From NCBI GenBank assembly GCA_949285325.1, contig CASDYZ010000007.1:17215-81214 (forward strand): a DNA stretch of 64,000 nucleotides. Reading direction: 5' to 3'. Of this stretch, positions 49,050-60,024 are shown piece by piece (the first letter of the stretch is position 1; each line of letters opens with the position of its first letter). The notes beneath the pieces are model-generated. The model saw only the letters and a program-made list of their open reading frames with translations, was not told the origin of the DNA and searched no databases. This DNA is from an uncultured bacterium. GTDB lineage: Bacteria > Bacillota_I > Bacilli_A > RFN20 > CAG-826. Both the position numbers and the translations under genes were made by a program.

Positions 49050-49281
49050 GCTTTTTTTCTTCAAAACTCGGTATTTCTCTATTATTTTTCTCTAAAATGT
49101 ATGCAATATACGTTTTTTCTTTACCGTTTATTCTTATAATAATTTCATCTAAGTTTTTAACTATGGTAGAAGGCTTCGTCACCTTTTCATTAATAAAAAC
49201 TTTACCTTCTTCTATAAGCTGTTTGGCTATAGTTCTTCTTTTAATAATCATCGTCTTTTTTAAAAATAAATCTAATCGCAT
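49042..49281 (-). CDS. S4-domain RNA-binding protein (YabO/RqcP/Hsp15-like)
   Basis: MRLDLFLK..IIKRRTIAK, KPS; conserved position between mfd and tilS. Confidence 0.88.
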   Translation of the reverse strand: MRLDLFLKKTMIIKRRTIAKQLIEEGKVFINEKVTKPSTIVKNLDEIIIRINGKEKTYIAYILEKNNREIPSFEEKKHE

Positions 49282-52200
49282 ATTTCTTCCTTATCTATAT
49301 TATAAATATTTGCTAAACTTTTTAATATTGCTAATATATCGTCAGTCCATGTTTTTCTTTTATTTACCCTTATCGTAAAACGATTATTAACATAAGATAA
49401 TTTAATAAATCCTAAATAAGGCACCATCGATTCAAATAATAAATTTCCAATATTTTTTATCGATAGATAATCATGAGATAATTCCCCTTCAATATATTTA
49501 GGATATTCGATAAATTTTTCTATGTGCGCACTATCGATATTTAAGTCAATTTTTTTCTTTATAAATAGAAGGTGAACAGGCTCAGGAATTTTACCATATA
49601 TATCCTCTATTCTTTGACTTACATTTTCTAATTGTTTTTCGTTTTCACAAGATAAAATTTCTTGGTAAAGTTCTATCTTATCTGAACCTGATGCATATGT
49701 GTCAGGAATATAAGCGTCAATAGATAAATTTGCGTTCGGCTTTATTTCTTCTTCTTTCGTATCGTGGGTTAATTTAGACTGCACCGATTCATTGAGTAAT
49801 TTCAAATACATATCAAGTCCGATTGAATCGATAAATCCTGCTTGTTCTGGTCCTAAAATATCGCCCGCTCCTCGTATGAGTAAATCTCTTTGTGCAATTC
49901 TATATCCTGAACCAAATTCAGTAAATTCTTGAAGGGTTTTTAATCTCTTTTTCGCATTGTCATTTAATTCTTTAAATTCGTTGTAAGTCAAATAAGCATA
50001 CGCGATTCTATCGCTTCTTCCTACTCTTCCTTTTATTTGATATAACTGTGATAGTCCATATTTGTCGGCGTTTTCCACTATTATCATGTTTGCATTAGGT
50101 ATATCGATGCCGTTTTCAATAATAGATGTACATATCAAAATATCTATTTCTCCAGCGTAAAATTTATTCATAACGTCTTCTAGTTCTGTTTTATCCATTT
50201 TCCCATGTCCAACCCCAATTGATGCGTTTGGCACTAATTTTGCTACTCGCGAAACAGCTTGATAAATGCTTTCTATCTCGTTATGAAGATAAAATACTTG
50301 TCCACCTCTACCTAATTCTCTTTCAATAAGTTCTTTAATAACTGCCTTGTTATATGGAAGAACAAATGTTTGAATTGGTAATCTTTCAGAAGGAGGAGTA
50401 TTAATTGTGGATAAAGATCTAACGCCTATTAAAGAAATTTGTAAAGTTCTAGGAATAGGAGTCGCTGACAAAGTTAAAACATCGATATTGTTTTTTATTT
50501 CTTTTAGAAGTTCTTTTTGTTCTACACCAAATCTTTGCTCTTCATCAATTATTAATAAACCTAGGCGTGGAAAATGAATTTTTTTAGATAATATTTTGTG
50601 TGTTCCTATTATCAAATCAATTTTGCCATTATTTATGTCGTCTATATAAGTTTGTAATTGTTTAGGGGCAACGAGCCGCGAAAGATGGGCAAGTCTAACT
50701 CCATATGGTTTAAAACGAGGTAAAGCCCTTTCAAAATGCTGTCTTGCTAAAAGAGTAGTGGGGCATAGTATTGCAACTTGTTTACCACTTAAAATTGCTT
50801 TAAACGCCGCGCGAAAAGCTAGTTCTGTCTTACCAAAACCAACGTCTCCACACAATAATCTATCCATAGGAGATTCGCTTTCCATGTCGTTTTTTATTTC
50901 AATTAATGCTTTTTGTTGGTCAGGAGTTAATTCATATTCAAAATCATTTTCAAATTGAGTTTGAAATTCACTATCTTTTTCAAAGGCAAAACCTTTTATT
51001 TTTGACCTTTCAACATAAAGATTGACAAGTCTTTGGGCTAGATCATTAATTTTTTCTTTAATCTTTTGTTTTTGTTTTTCCCAATCGTTAGAATGAAGTT
51101 TACTAAGTCTAGGCCTATATCCTTCTTTCCCCATATATTTTCTAACAAGTTGAAATTGTGAAAGTGGAACATAATATACTTCATTATTTTTAAATAGAAG
51201 TTTTAAAAAGTCTTTTTGTTGATTTTCAACAGTCAAAGCAACTAGACTATCAAACTGCGCGATACCTTGATATTCATGCACGACATAATCACCAGGATTT
51301 AAATCTTCAAATGATTTTAATATAGTCCCTTCTTTAAATTTAGAAGTGTATCTTGAACCAGTATTTTTAGTATTAAAAAGTTCTTTTGGGGACAAATAAA
51401 TTATCTTTTCGTCTCTTAAAATAAACCCGTAAGGTAAAAGTACAACTTTTATACCAACTTGCTTGGAAGTGAAATCGAAATCAAAAACTTGTTCGTAGGT
51501 TATATTTTTAGAGGTTAATATTTCTTCAATAATCTTTAGTTCACTCGCCGAAGAAACACAAAGATAAATCTTATATTCATCATTTATTAAACTTGCGATA
51601 ATGTCAGGAATATCGCTCATTTTTCTCGCCCCGATATTGACATTATTAATATTAAAAACTACATCGTTTTTATCCTGTATAAACTCGGAAGTTTTCCACA
51701 CATTTTTACTTTTTAAATAAGGCCTTATATCATTAAACATTTCAAGTCCAATAGGCAGTCTTCCTTTACTTGATTGTTCGTATAAATATTCAAACGATTC
51801 GTTAATTAAAATATCCATGTTTTGTTCTAATGAATCGATACTAGAAAAGACAATTTCAAAGTCCTTACAATAATTTAATAATGTCGTCTTGTGAGTTTGA
51901 AAAAATGAATAGTATTTATAAGATGCGATAGTGTAGTTGTGGTTGATAATATCATCTATATCATTATCGACATTAATTAACAATTTCTCATATATTTCAG
52001 GTATGTGATTTTCTTTAAAATCATTTAAATTTGAACGAATTTTATCTAAAAACCAACTCTTTTCATTGTTTTCAAATATAAAATCATTGCCAGGTAATAT
52101 TGATATTTCTTCTACATTTTTAATTGATCTTTGGGTGGCTATATCAAAATATCTAATCGATTCGATCTCGTCATCAAAAAATTCAATACGCACTGGATTA

Positions 52201-52748
52201 TCAAAATTGACAGAGAAAATATCGATGATATCTCCTCTTATAGCAAACTGCATCGACTGGTCAATTTTATTTACTATAGAATAACCATTTTCAACTAATA
52301 TTTTTTTAATTTTACTGAAGTTATATCTTTGACCAATTTTAAATTTTATACAGTGCGATTTAAATAACTGTTCTTCTGGTAGAAATCTACTCGCTCCACT
52401 TAAGTTAGCAATGACTATATCGACATTGTTATTAACTATCTCATTTAATACAAAAATTCTATTGGCAATAAAATCTTTGTTGCTAGCAATTATATCAGCG
52501 TGGATAAGCTCATCATTTAAAAATAAATGTATCTTTTTCTGTGGTAGTAAAGCGCATAAAAAACTATAAATCTTTTGTGCCTTATATAGGTTAGAAACTA
52601 CAATTAAAATTGGCTTATTTTGACTGTTAGATAAATAAGCACAAAAAGGGGGTAAACCCACCATTTCATCAACGACAAAACGCCCAATTTTATTTGGGCG
52701 AGGGGATGTATTTAATTTTTTTTCAATCAAGGAAAATAAATTATCCAA
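49272..52748 (-). CDS. mfd: Transcription-repair coupling factor
   Basis: GDYVVH, MDRLLCGDVGFGKTE, DEEQRFGV, SATPIPRTL, QIKGRVGRS; TTG start after AGGAGG. Confidence 0.96.
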   Translation of the reverse strand: MDNLFSLIEKKLNTSPRPNKIGRFVVDEMVGLPPFCAYLSNSQNKPILIVVSNLYKAQKIYSFLCALLPQKKIHLFLNDELIHADIIASNKDFIANRIFVLNEIVNNNVDIVIANLSGASRFLPEEQLFKSHCIKFKIGQRYNFSKIKKILVENGYSIVNKIDQSMQFAIRGDIIDIFSVNFDNPVRIEFFDDEIESIRYFDIATQRSIKNVEEISILPGNDFIFENNEKSWFLDKIRSNLNDFKENHIPEIYEKLLINVDNDIDDIINHNYTIASYKYYSFFQTHKTTLLNYCKDFEIVFSSIDSLEQNMDILINESFEYLYEQSSKGRLPIGLEMFNDIRPYLKSKNVWKTSEFIQDKNDVVFNINNVNIGARKMSDIPDIIASLINDEYKIYLCVSSASELKIIEEILTSKNITYEQVFDFDFTSKQVGIKVVLLPYGFILRDEKIIYLSPKELFNTKNTGSRYTSKFKEGTILKSFEDLNPGDYVVHEYQGIAQFDSLVALTVENQQKDFLKLLFKNNEVYYVPLSQFQLVRKYMGKEGYRPRLSKLHSNDWEKQKQKIKEKINDLAQRLVNLYVERSKIKGFAFEKDSEFQTQFENDFEYELTPDQQKALIEIKNDMESESPMDRLLCGDVGFGKTELAFRAAFKAILSGKQVAILCPTTLLARQHFERALPRFKPYGVRLAHLSRLVAPKQLQTYIDDINNGKIDLIIGTHKILSKKIHFPRLGLLIIDEEQRFGVEQKELLKEIKNNIDVLTLSATPIPRTLQISLIGVRSLSTINTPPSERLPIQTFVLPYNKAVIKELIERELGRGGQVFYLHNEIESIYQAVSRVAKLVPNASIGVGHGKMDKTELEDVMNKFYAGEIDILICTSIIENGIDIPNANMIIVENADKYGLSQLYQIKGRVGRSDRIAYAYLTYNEFKELNDNAKKRLKTLQEFTEFGSGYRIAQRDLLIRGAGDILGPEQAGFIDSIGLDMYLKLLNESVQSKLTHDTKEEEIKPNANLSIDAYIPDTYASGSDKIELYQEILSCENEKQLENVSQRIEDIYGKIPEPVHLLFIKKKIDLNIDSAHIEKFIEYPKYIEGELSHDYLSIKNIGNLLFESMVPYLGFIKLSYVNNRFTIRVNKRKTWTDDILAILKSLANIYNIDKEEICD

Positions 52749-52776
52749 AATATCCTCCTTCTTAATATTGTAATAT

Positions 52777-53334
52777 TTAATTATATTTAGACATAGTCTT
52801 TTCAAAAGACCCTATTTTTAAAATATCGAGAAGTGCGTTTGTCGCATTTTTAATCGCTTCTTCTAATAGTGGCCATTCATCCTTAGTAGGCACGCTAAGC
52901 ACATAATCTTTACCGTCATTATAAACAGGTTCTCCAATTCCAATTCTGATGCGTTTGATATCTTCTGTCTTTAAATTATCAATGATGTTTTGCATACCTT
53001 TATGTGCGCCAGAAGAACCTTTTAATCTCAACCGTATTTGCCCAACTGGAAGCGCCATATCATCATACACAACGACTACATCTTCTATTTTTATTTTAAA
53101 ATAATTTACTACTTCTCTAACTGCTTCACCGCTTAAATTCATAAAAGTAGTGGGTTTAAAAATCATGACATCTTGGTCAAATATATTTCCTCTACCAAGA
53201 TAGCCTCTAAAAACTTCTCTATCGACATCAATCTTGGATATGTCGGCAAGATTATCTACCACCATAAATCCAAGATTGTGTCTTGTTTTTTCATATTTTT
53301 TACCAGGATTGCCTAGTCCAACAATTAATTTCAT
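52777..53334 (-). CDS. pth: Peptidyl-tRNA hydrolase
   Basis: GLGNPG..Y..TRHNLGF, KPTTFMNLSG, YDDM, RIRIGIG. Confidence 0.97.
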   Translation of the reverse strand: MKLIVGLGNPGKKYEKTRHNLGFMVVDNLADISKIDVDREVFRGYLGRGNIFDQDVMIFKPTTFMNLSGEAVREVVNYFKIKIEDVVVVYDDMALPVGQIRLRLKGSSGAHKGMQNIIDNLKTEDIKRIRIGIGEPVYNDGKDYVLSVPTKDEWPLLEEAIKNATNALLDILKIGSFEKTMSKYN

Positions 53335-53337
53335 AAA

Positions 53338-55308
53338 TTATTCGAGTTCAAACGCTCCTGTGTAAAGTTGATAATATGTTCCTTTTTGTGCAATTAAAGA
53401 ATCGTGGTCGCCTCTTTCGATAATGCGTCCGTGATCTAGCACCATAATCGCGTCAGAATCTTGAACAGTAGATAAACGGTGTGCGATGACAAATACTGTT
53501 CTACCTTTCATCAATTTATCCATACCACTTTGAACTAATTGTTCAGTTCTCGTGTCGATTGAGCTCGTCGCTTCATCAAGAATCATGACAGGCGCATCCG
53601 CACATGCTGCTCTAGCAATACTTAGCAATTGTCTTTGTCCTTGAGAAAGATTAGCCCCATCCGCGGTTAACATAGTGTTAAATCCTTGTGGAAGACGCGT
53701 AATAAAGTCGTATGCATTTGCGATTTTTGCTGCTTCATATACTTCCTCATCAGTCGCATCTAGTCGACCATATCGGATGTTTTCCATGACGGTACCGGTG
53801 AATAAATTAGTGTCTTGTAAAACGATGCCTAAAGAACGTCTTAAGTCACCTTTTTTAATCTTGTTTATATTTATACCATCATATCTAATCTTACCATCTT
53901 GAATGTCGTAGAAACGATTAATCAAATTAGTAATAGTGGTCTTGCCCGCGCCAGTCGCACCGACAAGAGCGATCTTTTGTCCTGGATGAGCATAAATATA
54001 TACATCATGTAAGACCATCTTATCTTCTGTATAACCAAAATCAACGTGGTCTAAAAGAATATCACCCTTAAGTTCAGTATAAGTAATAGTCCCGTCGTGA
54101 TGAGGGTGTTTCCAAGCCCATAAATGTGTCCTTTCATTAGTTTCACTTAAAGAACCATCTTCATTTCTTTTCGCGTGAACTAAGGTGACATATCCATCAT
54201 CTTTTTCAGGCTCTTGATCTAATAAATCTAGTACACGTTTAGTGCCCGCTAAAGCCATCGCTGCCATGGAGAATTGTTGTGAGATTTGACCAACATTGTA
54301 GGAGAATTGTCTCGTCATCATTAAAAATGATATCAATATTGCGGATGTAAAGGTTGGCCAAACATAACTTGCAGTTCCAACACCAGGAGTGAATAGACAA
54401 ATTAAACCAAAATTAGGAACTTTGAAATACCATAAAAGCGCACCAACACCAGCGACAAGAACATACATAACATTACCAATATTACCAAGTATTGGCATCA
54501 TAATATTACCGAAAATGTTTGCTTTGGTGGAGTTTTTGCAGAGTTCTGTGTTTCTAACATCGAAATCTTCTTTCGCTTTTTCTTCGTGAGTAAAGACTTT
54601 AACAACTTTTAAACCATTCATCATCTCTTCAATGAAACCTTCAGTTTTAGAGACAGATTGTTGTTGTTTGAAGAAGTAAGTTGCGCTTTTTCCAGAAAGT
54701 TTTTTGGTAACTAAAATCATCGCAGTCGCGCCTAACGCCACAACGAGAACTAGATATAAAGAAGTGTAAATCATGTAGCAAGTTGCGAAAAGGAGGGTTA
54801 AACCTGTCGCGAGGAATTGCACTAATGATTGTGATAAAAATTGATATAAGGCATCGACGTCGTTTGTGTAATATGACATGATCTCACCGTGTGAATTTTG
54901 ATCAAAAAATTTAATTGGAAGAGATTCCATCCTGTTGAACATATCCGTTCTTATTTGATGCATTACTTTTTGTGAAGTAACCGCGAGCAGTTGCGTATAA
55001 ATAACTGCGGCAAGTGTTCCTAATAAATACACTCCAATCATCAGCCCAATTATTAACCATAACGCACCCATGTAAGGTGTCAGCCCTTGAGGATCATCGA
55101 TCGCGGGCTCAATGACAAAAGTCAATAGTTGTTGGATGAACATTGAACTTGAAGCGTGTGCTAATGAATAGAAGAAAACCATGACTGCGATGATAATTAC
55201 TTCTTTTTTATAGTTTTTAAAAACCATAGAAAGAAGTCTTTTCATCGTGCCGTCTCTTGTTAATTCTTTGACGGAGAAAGACGCTCCTCGTCTACGTGGT
55301 TGTGGCAT
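53338..55308 (-). CDS. Heterodimeric ABC exporter subunit B (consensus ATPase site)
   Basis: TMD plus NBD; GATGAGKTT, LSQGQRQ, ILDEATS. Confidence 0.92.
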   Translation of the reverse strand: MPQPRRRGASFSVKELTRDGTMKRLLSMVFKNYKKEVIIIAVMVFFYSLAHASSSMFIQQLLTFVIEPAIDDPQGLTPYMGALWLIIGLMIGVYLLGTLAAVIYTQLLAVTSQKVMHQIRTDMFNRMESLPIKFFDQNSHGEIMSYYTNDVDALYQFLSQSLVQFLATGLTLLFATCYMIYTSLYLVLVVALGATAMILVTKKLSGKSATYFFKQQQSVSKTEGFIEEMMNGLKVVKVFTHEEKAKEDFDVRNTELCKNSTKANIFGNIMMPILGNIGNVMYVLVAGVGALLWYFKVPNFGLICLFTPGVGTASYVWPTFTSAILISFLMMTRQFSYNVGQISQQFSMAAMALAGTKRVLDLLDQEPEKDDGYVTLVHAKRNEDGSLSETNERTHLWAWKHPHHDGTITYTELKGDILLDHVDFGYTEDKMVLHDVYIYAHPGQKIALVGATGAGKTTITNLINRFYDIQDGKIRYDGININKIKKGDLRRSLGIVLQDTNLFTGTVMENIRYGRLDATDEEVYEAAKIANAYDFITRLPQGFNTMLTADGANLSQGQRQLLSIARAACADAPVMILDEATSSIDTRTEQLVQSGMDKLMKGRTVFVIAHRLSTVQDSDAIMVLDHGRIIERGDHDSLIAQKGTYYQLYTGAFELE

Positions 55309-55310
55309 AA

Positions 55311-57101
55311 TTATTTACCTCCTCCCATTCTATTTTGAATTGAGTATATCTCACGATAAATCTCGTTAGTTTTAAGAAGTTCTTCACTTTTACCCATGCC
55401 GTTAATCTTACCGCCATCCATGACGATAATTAAATCAGCATCTTCTACTGATGAAGCACGTTGAGTAATGATAATCTTAGTAACTGATGGAATGTATTCT
55501 TTAAAAGATTTACGAATAAGTGCATCAGTTTTTGTATCAACAGCGGAAGTGGAGTCGTCTAGTATTAATATTTTTGGATTTTTAAGAAGTGCTCGTGCGA
55601 TACAAAGTCTTTGTTTTTGTCCACCAGACACGTTTGTGCCACCTTGTTCAATATAAGTATTATATTTATCAGGGAAAGACTGTATAAAACTGTCGGCTTG
55701 TGCAAGTTTTGCGGCTTCTATACATTCTTCTTCACTCGCATCTTCTTTACCCCATCTGAGGTTTTCTAATATTGTTCCTGAGAATAAAACATTCTTTTGT
55801 AAAACGACTGCAACATTGTTTCTTAAAGTGTCTAGGTCATAATTTTTAACATTGACCCCACCAACTTTAACTTCACCTTCTGTCGTGTCATATAATCGAC
55901 AAATCAAATTAACTAATGTTGTTTTAGATGAGCCAGTTGAACCAATAATACCAACTGTCATACCAGACCTAATATGTAAATTAATATCGCTCAATGCGTA
56001 TTTTTCAGCTTTTTCTGAATATTTGAAACTGACGTCATCAAAATCTATTGAACCTTCTTTAATTTCATATATTGGATTTTCTGGGTTGTGGAGTGTTGAT
56101 TCTTCATTTAACACTTCACAAATTCTTTTCGCACTCGCCGCACTCATAACTATCATAACCATGATCATCGATAGCATCATTACTGAGGAAAGAATTTGAA
56201 TACCATAAGTAATTAATGACGATAAATTACCAGTTTTAAGTGGACCATAAGTTAAATCACCTTTACTGTACGCGACTATTGCAAACGCACCAAATATACC
56301 AATAAGAATATAAGCGACATACATGGTAAGTTGCATAGAAGGGTTAGTGAGGGATACTAGTCTATCAGCTTTAGTAAATCTATTTTTTAAATCATTTGAA
56401 GAAGCAGAAATTTTTGCTTTTTCAAAATCTTCTCTAACATAGGTTTTAACGACTCTAATGCCTTTGACATTTTCTTGAACAGAAGCGTTAACATTATCAT
56501 AACGTTTGAAAACATCAGAGAATAATTTGAACGCTTTAACCGTGATAAAAATCAAAATAGCCCCTAAAACTGGGATTAAACAGACGAAAATCCAACTTAA
56601 TTTGTGGTTTATAGAAAAAGACATAACAAACGCAAATATCATCATAAGTGGCACTCTAAAGGCTATACGAATTAGCATTTGGAATGCTTGTTGAACGTTA
56701 TTTGTATCAGTTGTCATACGAGTGACAAGTGACGAGGTTGAAAATTTATCAATATTTGCAAATGAGAAACTTTGAATTTTAGCAAATAAATCGTGACGAA
56801 GATTTTTTGCAAAACCAGTTGAGGCAATCGCAGCAATTTTTCCTCCTAAAAAACCAAATATCAACGAAGCGACAGCAAGTGCGAGAAGTATACCAGCGTA
56901 TTTAAATATTTCTAATAGTTCTTCTTGCCCACCGATAACTATGGTCGCATCACCTGTTGGAGTTAAAACATTGATTAATTCTCCAATAACAAAAGGAATA
57001 ATACATTCACACGCTACTTCACCTATCATGAAAAAAGGATTTGCTATTGCATAACCTTTATATTCACGTATTGATTTAGCTATTGTTCTAACTACTCCCA
57101 T
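55311..57101 (-). CDS. Heterodimeric ABC exporter subunit A (degenerate site)
   Basis: GSTGSSKTT, VSGGQKQR, ILDDSTS (Walker B Glu to Asp), ITQR (switch His to Gln): TM287/288-type pair. Confidence 0.92.
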   Translation of the reverse strand: MGVVRTIAKSIREYKGYAIANPFFMIGEVACECIIPFVIGELINVLTPTGDATIVIGGQEELLEIFKYAGILLALAVASLIFGFLGGKIAAIASTGFAKNLRHDLFAKIQSFSFANIDKFSTSSLVTRMTTDTNNVQQAFQMLIRIAFRVPLMMIFAFVMSFSINHKLSWIFVCLIPVLGAILIFITVKAFKLFSDVFKRYDNVNASVQENVKGIRVVKTYVREDFEKAKISASSNDLKNRFTKADRLVSLTNPSMQLTMYVAYILIGIFGAFAIVAYSKGDLTYGPLKTGNLSSLITYGIQILSSVMMLSMIMVMIVMSAASAKRICEVLNEESTLHNPENPIYEIKEGSIDFDDVSFKYSEKAEKYALSDINLHIRSGMTVGIIGSTGSSKTTLVNLICRLYDTTEGEVKVGGVNVKNYDLDTLRNNVAVVLQKNVLFSGTILENLRWGKEDASEEECIEAAKLAQADSFIQSFPDKYNTYIEQGGTNVSGGQKQRLCIARALLKNPKILILDDSTSAVDTKTDALIRKSFKEYIPSVTKIIITQRASSVEDADLIIVMDGGKINGMGKSEELLKTNEIYREIYSIQNRMGGGK

Positions 57102-57122
57102 ACATTTCCTCCTTTTTAATCA

Positions 57123-57572
57123 TTAACGTTTTTCTTTGATATTACTAATCGCTCTTTTGATAAATTCAATGAATTTATACTTTTCTTCGTTGGTAAAACC
57201 TTTAGTAATTTCTTCATTCACTTGTGCAATTTCTGTTTGAATGTCGTTTGCGATTTCAATTGCTTTTTTAGTAGGAATGATTCTCTTTTTTCTCTTGTCA
57301 CCATAAATTTCAGCTCTTTCGATATATTCTTTCAATTCGAGATTAGAAAGAATCTTACTTAGTGTTCCCTTCGTGACGCTGAATCGATTAGCTAAATCAT
57401 TTTGATAGACGATATCATTGATGTGATCTACCAAATAAATGAGAATAAAAGCATTCATCCCTAATTGTTCTTTTAGATTTGTTAAGATAGGTAAATTTTC
57501 TACTCTCCTAGAGAATATAGAATTTAGTCTTTTGATTTGAAATCCAACAATGTCTTCTTTTGAAAAAGTCAT
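57123..57572 (-). CDS. MarR family transcriptional regulator
   Basis: QNDLA..F.VTKGTLSKILSNLE.K.YI.R....DKRKK.I..T.K. Confidence 0.9.
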   Translation of the reverse strand: MTFSKEDIVGFQIKRLNSIFSRRVENLPILTNLKEQLGMNAFILIYLVDHINDIVYQNDLANRFSVTKGTLSKILSNLELKEYIERAEIYGDKRKKRIIPTKKAIEIANDIQTEIAQVNEEITKGFTNEEKYKFIEFIKRAISNIKEKR

Positions 57573-57581
57573 AAGCTTAAA

Positions 57582-57632
57582 TAGTTTGAAATCAAACTAA
57601 TACTATTATAAAGACGAAATATATATAGTCAA
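57582..57632 (-). promoter_or_regulatory. marR operon promoter with palindromic operator
   Basis: TTGACT-16-TATAAT, then TAGTTTGA-N2-TCAAACTA (57582-57599) just before the ATG. Confidence 0.8.
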
Positions 57633-57749
57633 TACATAAAAATAAATTTTTATATGCTACAAAAAACATTATCTAAAACATATTTTTAACCTCTATTTAC
57701 TTTTAAAATAGAAAGAAAAAAGGCATAATAATATCTACCTATAAACATT

Positions 57750-58391
57750 ATGAATTGGGAACTTGAATTTCTTTATAATCTTACAAAAAACGGAGTAGGA
57801 AATGACTCATTGTCGTGGTTATCTTGGTTTTTTGCTATCATAACTCATTTAGTGGAAGGTGGGCTCATTTGGATAGTTATCGCCATTATATTTGTATGTT
57901 TTAAAAAGACGAGAAGGTGTGGCGTTACTTTAGGTGTAGGCCTAGTTGTCTTCGCCCTTTTATTTAACAATGTTTTAATTAAATACATAGTGGCAAGAAT
58001 TAGGCCTTTATATATAACTGACATAGAACTTAGATCTAATTACATTTTAAATGTGCTAGAAACTACTCCTTATTTTTTTAACATAGGACAAGGTCCGCTT
58101 GGATTATTTGAAATACCGAAAGAAACAAGTTATTCATTTATGTCAGGTCATTCTTTCACTTCATTTTTATGTTCTACCATCATATTATTTTATTTTAAAA
58201 GAACCGCGATAATCGCGTTTATATTTGCTCTTCTCGTCGCTTTTTCAAGACTTTATTTTGGTGTACATTTCCCAACCGATGTCATATGCGGGATAATATT
58301 TGGAATTATATTAGGTGTAATAACTTTAATTCTCACCAATCCGGTTTTAGATGTTATCTATTTAAAAATCAGCAAGAAAAAAACTAATTAA
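57750..58391 (+). CDS. PAP2-family membrane phosphatase
   Basis: K...ARIRP, SFMSGH, SRLYFGVHFPTDV. Confidence 0.92.
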   Translation: MNWELEFLYNLTKNGVGNDSLSWLSWFFAIITHLVEGGLIWIVIAIIFVCFKKTRRCGVTLGVGLVVFALLFNNVLIKYIVARIRPLYITDIELRSNYILNVLETTPYFFNIGQGPLGLFEIPKETSYSFMSGHSFTSFLCSTIILFYFKRTAIIAFIFALLVAFSRLYFGVHFPTDVICGIIFGIILGVITLILTNPVLDVIYLKISKKKTN

Positions 58392-58426
58392 AAATGACTT
58401 ATTTTTATTAAAATATATGCAATTCT

Positions 58427-59977
58427 TTAATATTTTTTATCGAATTTTTTTAAATCGCGATATACACCTTTAAATTGTGGATACATTTTTAAATATACTT
58501 TTTTGTATAAATATTCATATTGCTCATGTTGTTTATCTCTAGGTTTAAATACTTTTGTTATATGAACCATTTCTTGCTTTGCTTGTTTATAATCTTTAAA
58601 TTCATTTGTCGCTAAAAATACAGCGATTGCCGCCCCTAGAGTAGTGACCTCAAATGTTTGAATTTTATATACAGGTAAGCCAAAAATATCCGCGGTTATT
58701 TGGCATATTGCGGTGCTTTGACTGCCTCCACCAGATATCATTATACAATCGACTTTATGATGTTGTTTTTTCTCTATGCCTTCTAAACCTTCTCTTAAAG
58801 CATAAGCAATACCTTCAATAATTGCTCTATATAAATGTTCTCTTGTGTGAATATCGCTAAAACCGACGATTGAGCCTTTCACTAACGGTCTTTTTAATCC
58901 TGCGCCCCAATATGGTTGAAGAACCAACCCATCACAGCCCGGAGGTATTTCTTCTAATTTTCTATTTAATACCTCTTCAACCGCCATCTTTTCTATTTTT
59001 GCTTCATTTATTTCAGTGCTTGCAAATTCTTTGCTAAACCATCCAAGCATCCAATATCCTCGATATATTTGTACTTCCATGTTGTACCATCCAGGAATTG
59101 CTGAGCCATATGCTGGTAAAAAAGTTTCAGGTTCATAATATTTTTTGTTAGATACTTCAACAGTACTTGCGGTCCCATATGATATCGCTGCAATACTCCT
59201 AGAAAGTGCACCTAAACCAATAGTTTCACATCCCTTGTCTGTACCAGAAGCATAAAAAACAATGTTTTTGGGTAACCCAGTCATTAAAGCAACTTCTTCT
59301 TTAATCGTGCCAAGTACTTCTCCTGGATCAACAAGTTCACAAAGCATATCTTTTTTAACACCAAAAATGCATCCTTTTAATTCATTGCCTTTATACCATT
59401 TTTTCTTTCGATAATTAATTGGATAATGTCCTGTCATACTCGCTGATGAATCAACTAATTTACCGACAAAAAGATAAGTTAAATAAGTAGAAATATTGAC
59501 ATATTTTTTCGTCTTTTTCCAATTTTCTATTTCGTTTTCTTTATACCAATGGGCCATCGTTCTTTTTCTATTTAAATCAACTGTCTCTTTCATCCCGACA
59601 AGCCAAAATAAAAAGCGATATAACCAAGGTATTTTTTCTTTTGCTTCAGCGTTTCTTTGGTCTAACCACAAAATACAGTCTCTAACTGGTTTATTATTTT
59701 CATCTAACAAAACCGCACTATCTCTAAAAGTCGTAATAGTGGCGCCGACTATATTTGGTAGTAAATCTTTGTACTCGCTAGTCAACTTTTTAAGCGCGTC
59801 GATGGCGCATTCGAAATAATAATCAGGATTTTGTTCTGCATAGCCTTTTTTACTTGAATAATAAACGGGGTTATATGCATGTTTAATTATCGCGACGATA
59901 TTTCCTTTTTTATCAACTAGTGACGCCCTTACAGATTGAGTGCCAAAATCAAGTGTTAAAGCTAGTGAATTATCCAT
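58427..59977 (-). CDS. FGGY-family carbohydrate kinase
   Basis: LDFGTQSVRA, ILWLDQR, SYGT, YRAIIEGIAY, GGGSQS, TTLGAA. Confidence 0.9.
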   Translation of the reverse strand: MDNSLALTLDFGTQSVRASLVDKKGNIVAIIKHAYNPVYYSSKKGYAEQNPDYYFECAIDALKKLTSEYKDLLPNIVGATITTFRDSAVLLDENNKPVRDCILWLDQRNAEAKEKIPWLYRFLFWLVGMKETVDLNRKRTMAHWYKENEIENWKKTKKYVNISTYLTYLFVGKLVDSSASMTGHYPINYRKKKWYKGNELKGCIFGVKKDMLCELVDPGEVLGTIKEEVALMTGLPKNIVFYASGTDKGCETIGLGALSRSIAAISYGTASTVEVSNKKYYEPETFLPAYGSAIPGWYNMEVQIYRGYWMLGWFSKEFASTEINEAKIEKMAVEEVLNRKLEEIPPGCDGLVLQPYWGAGLKRPLVKGSIVGFSDIHTREHLYRAIIEGIAYALREGLEGIEKKQHHKVDCIMISGGGSQSTAICQITADIFGLPVYKIQTFEVTTLGAAIAVFLATNEFKDYKQAKQEMVHITKVFKPRDKQHEQYEYLYKKVYLKMYPQFKGVYRDLKKFDKKY

Positions 59978-60024
59978 TTTTTTATGTTCCTCTTTAATAA
60001 AAATAATTCACTTTTATTTAATGT

